Below, piece after piece: positions 63,651 through 64,000 of a stretch of 64,000 bases of DNA. The DNA is from a virus (Duplodnaviria; Heunggongvirae; Uroviricota; Caudoviricetes). A program made the translations under genes and the position numbers. Every line of letters begins with the position of its first letter. Position 1 is the first letter of the stretch. Location of the stretch: IMG/VR virus record IMGVR_UViG_3300042270_000314; one strand, given 5' to 3'. The notes beneath the pieces are model-generated. The model had not been told where the DNA came from. It made no database searches and was given only the letters and a program-made list of their open reading frames with translations.

Positions 63651-64000
63651 TCATTGTTCTTTACAAGTACTTAGAAATCCATAATTACAATTATTACTAT
63701 GTATCATATTATGACAGGTTCTACATACACTAATACAATTATCTACATCCGCGCTTTCAACTGGATTATTCTTTATTGGATCTATATGGTGGCAGCATAA
63801 ATGAACATTTCCCAATTCTTCTTTTGTTTTTCCACATATTTGACATGTATAATTGTCTCTTTCAAAAACAATCTGTTTTATTTCATTCTGTATATTTAAT
63901 TGGGCATATGGTTCATGTCCCAATGTATATTTTCTTTTTCCAAATGTTGGGCATACTTCTTTACAATTATCGCTACAATAAAAATATCCTTTGCCAACAT
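63651..64000 (-). CDS. HNH endonuclease (5'-partial; frame continues past the window end)
   Basis: CQICGKT...LCCHHIDPIKNNP...CISVCRTCHNMIH HNH motif; upstream frame stays open to position 64000. Confidence 0.6.
   Translation of the reverse strand, partial: VGKGYFYCSDNCKEVCPTFGKRKYTLGHEPYAQLNIQNEIKQIVFERDNYTCQICGKTKEELGNVHLCCHHIDPIKNNPVESADVDNCISVCRTCHNMIHSNNCNYGFLSTCKEQ

Noticed and set aside
1-64000. Alternative reading of TGA as Gly (table 25, SR1/Gracilibacteria) or as a readthrough stop
   Set aside because: Where homology is clear, the TGA positions align to Trp or aromatic residues (sheath VVW-GQKT; protease WW). The frequency (about 1 per 150-300 codons, alongside TGG) fits a minor Trp codon. 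Table 25 is not formally excluded without alignments.

Overview
This window is an AT-rich (roughly 28-30% GC) 64-kb segment of a T4-like myovirus genome. T4-type genes recognisable from the proteins, listed with the strand of each call:

- **Replication and recombination genes.** Anaerobic ribonucleotide reductase NrdD/NrdG (-), UvsX recombinase (-), gp46 Rad50/SbcC-like and gp47 Mre11/SbcD-like recombination nuclease (-), and a UvsW-like helicase (+).
- **Head genes.** Large terminase gp17 (-), gp24-like vertex protein, gp20 portal, gp21 prohead protease, gp22-like scaffold and gp23 major capsid protein (+).
- **Neck and tail genes.** gp13 neck protein, a tail fibre, gp19 tail tube and gp18 tail sheath (-).
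- **Transcription.** The gp55 late sigma factor (-), with TATAAATA late promoters upstream of the head genes.

The most important observation is that TGA is read as a sense codon, almost certainly Trp (genetic code 4-like). Nearly every conserved gene carries in-frame TGAs. These fall inside conserved blocks, for example VVW|GQKT in the sheath and the WW position of the prohead protease. Reading frames of up to about 1400 codons stay free of TAA and TAG. The six-frame ORF track, computed with TGA as a stop, therefore fragments most genes. I re-joined the fragments by hand.

The window holds 10 tRNA genes in three clusters, and a phage-encoded CCA-adding enzyme. None of the tRNAs has a UCA anticodon.

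Other notable content:
- The large terminase gene is interrupted by two inteins: a mini-intein in the Walker A P-loop, and a second intein that carries an in-frame GIY-YIG/NUMOD3 homing-endonuclease module but shows a reading-frame break.
- A free-standing Hint-like ORF lies next to a GC-rich, hairpin-dense non-coding island.
- An ADP-ribose-themed gene set is present: a giant 1401-codon ORF with an ART-like C-terminus, a NUDIX hydrolase, and a Macro-NADAR gene pair.
- A family of homing-endonuclease-like genes combines zinc fingers, YGEEEG repeats and Vsr-like nuclease domains.
- Several families of repeated intergenic promoter and operator modules are present.

Coordinates of re-joined genes are hand-derived and may be off by a few nucleotides.
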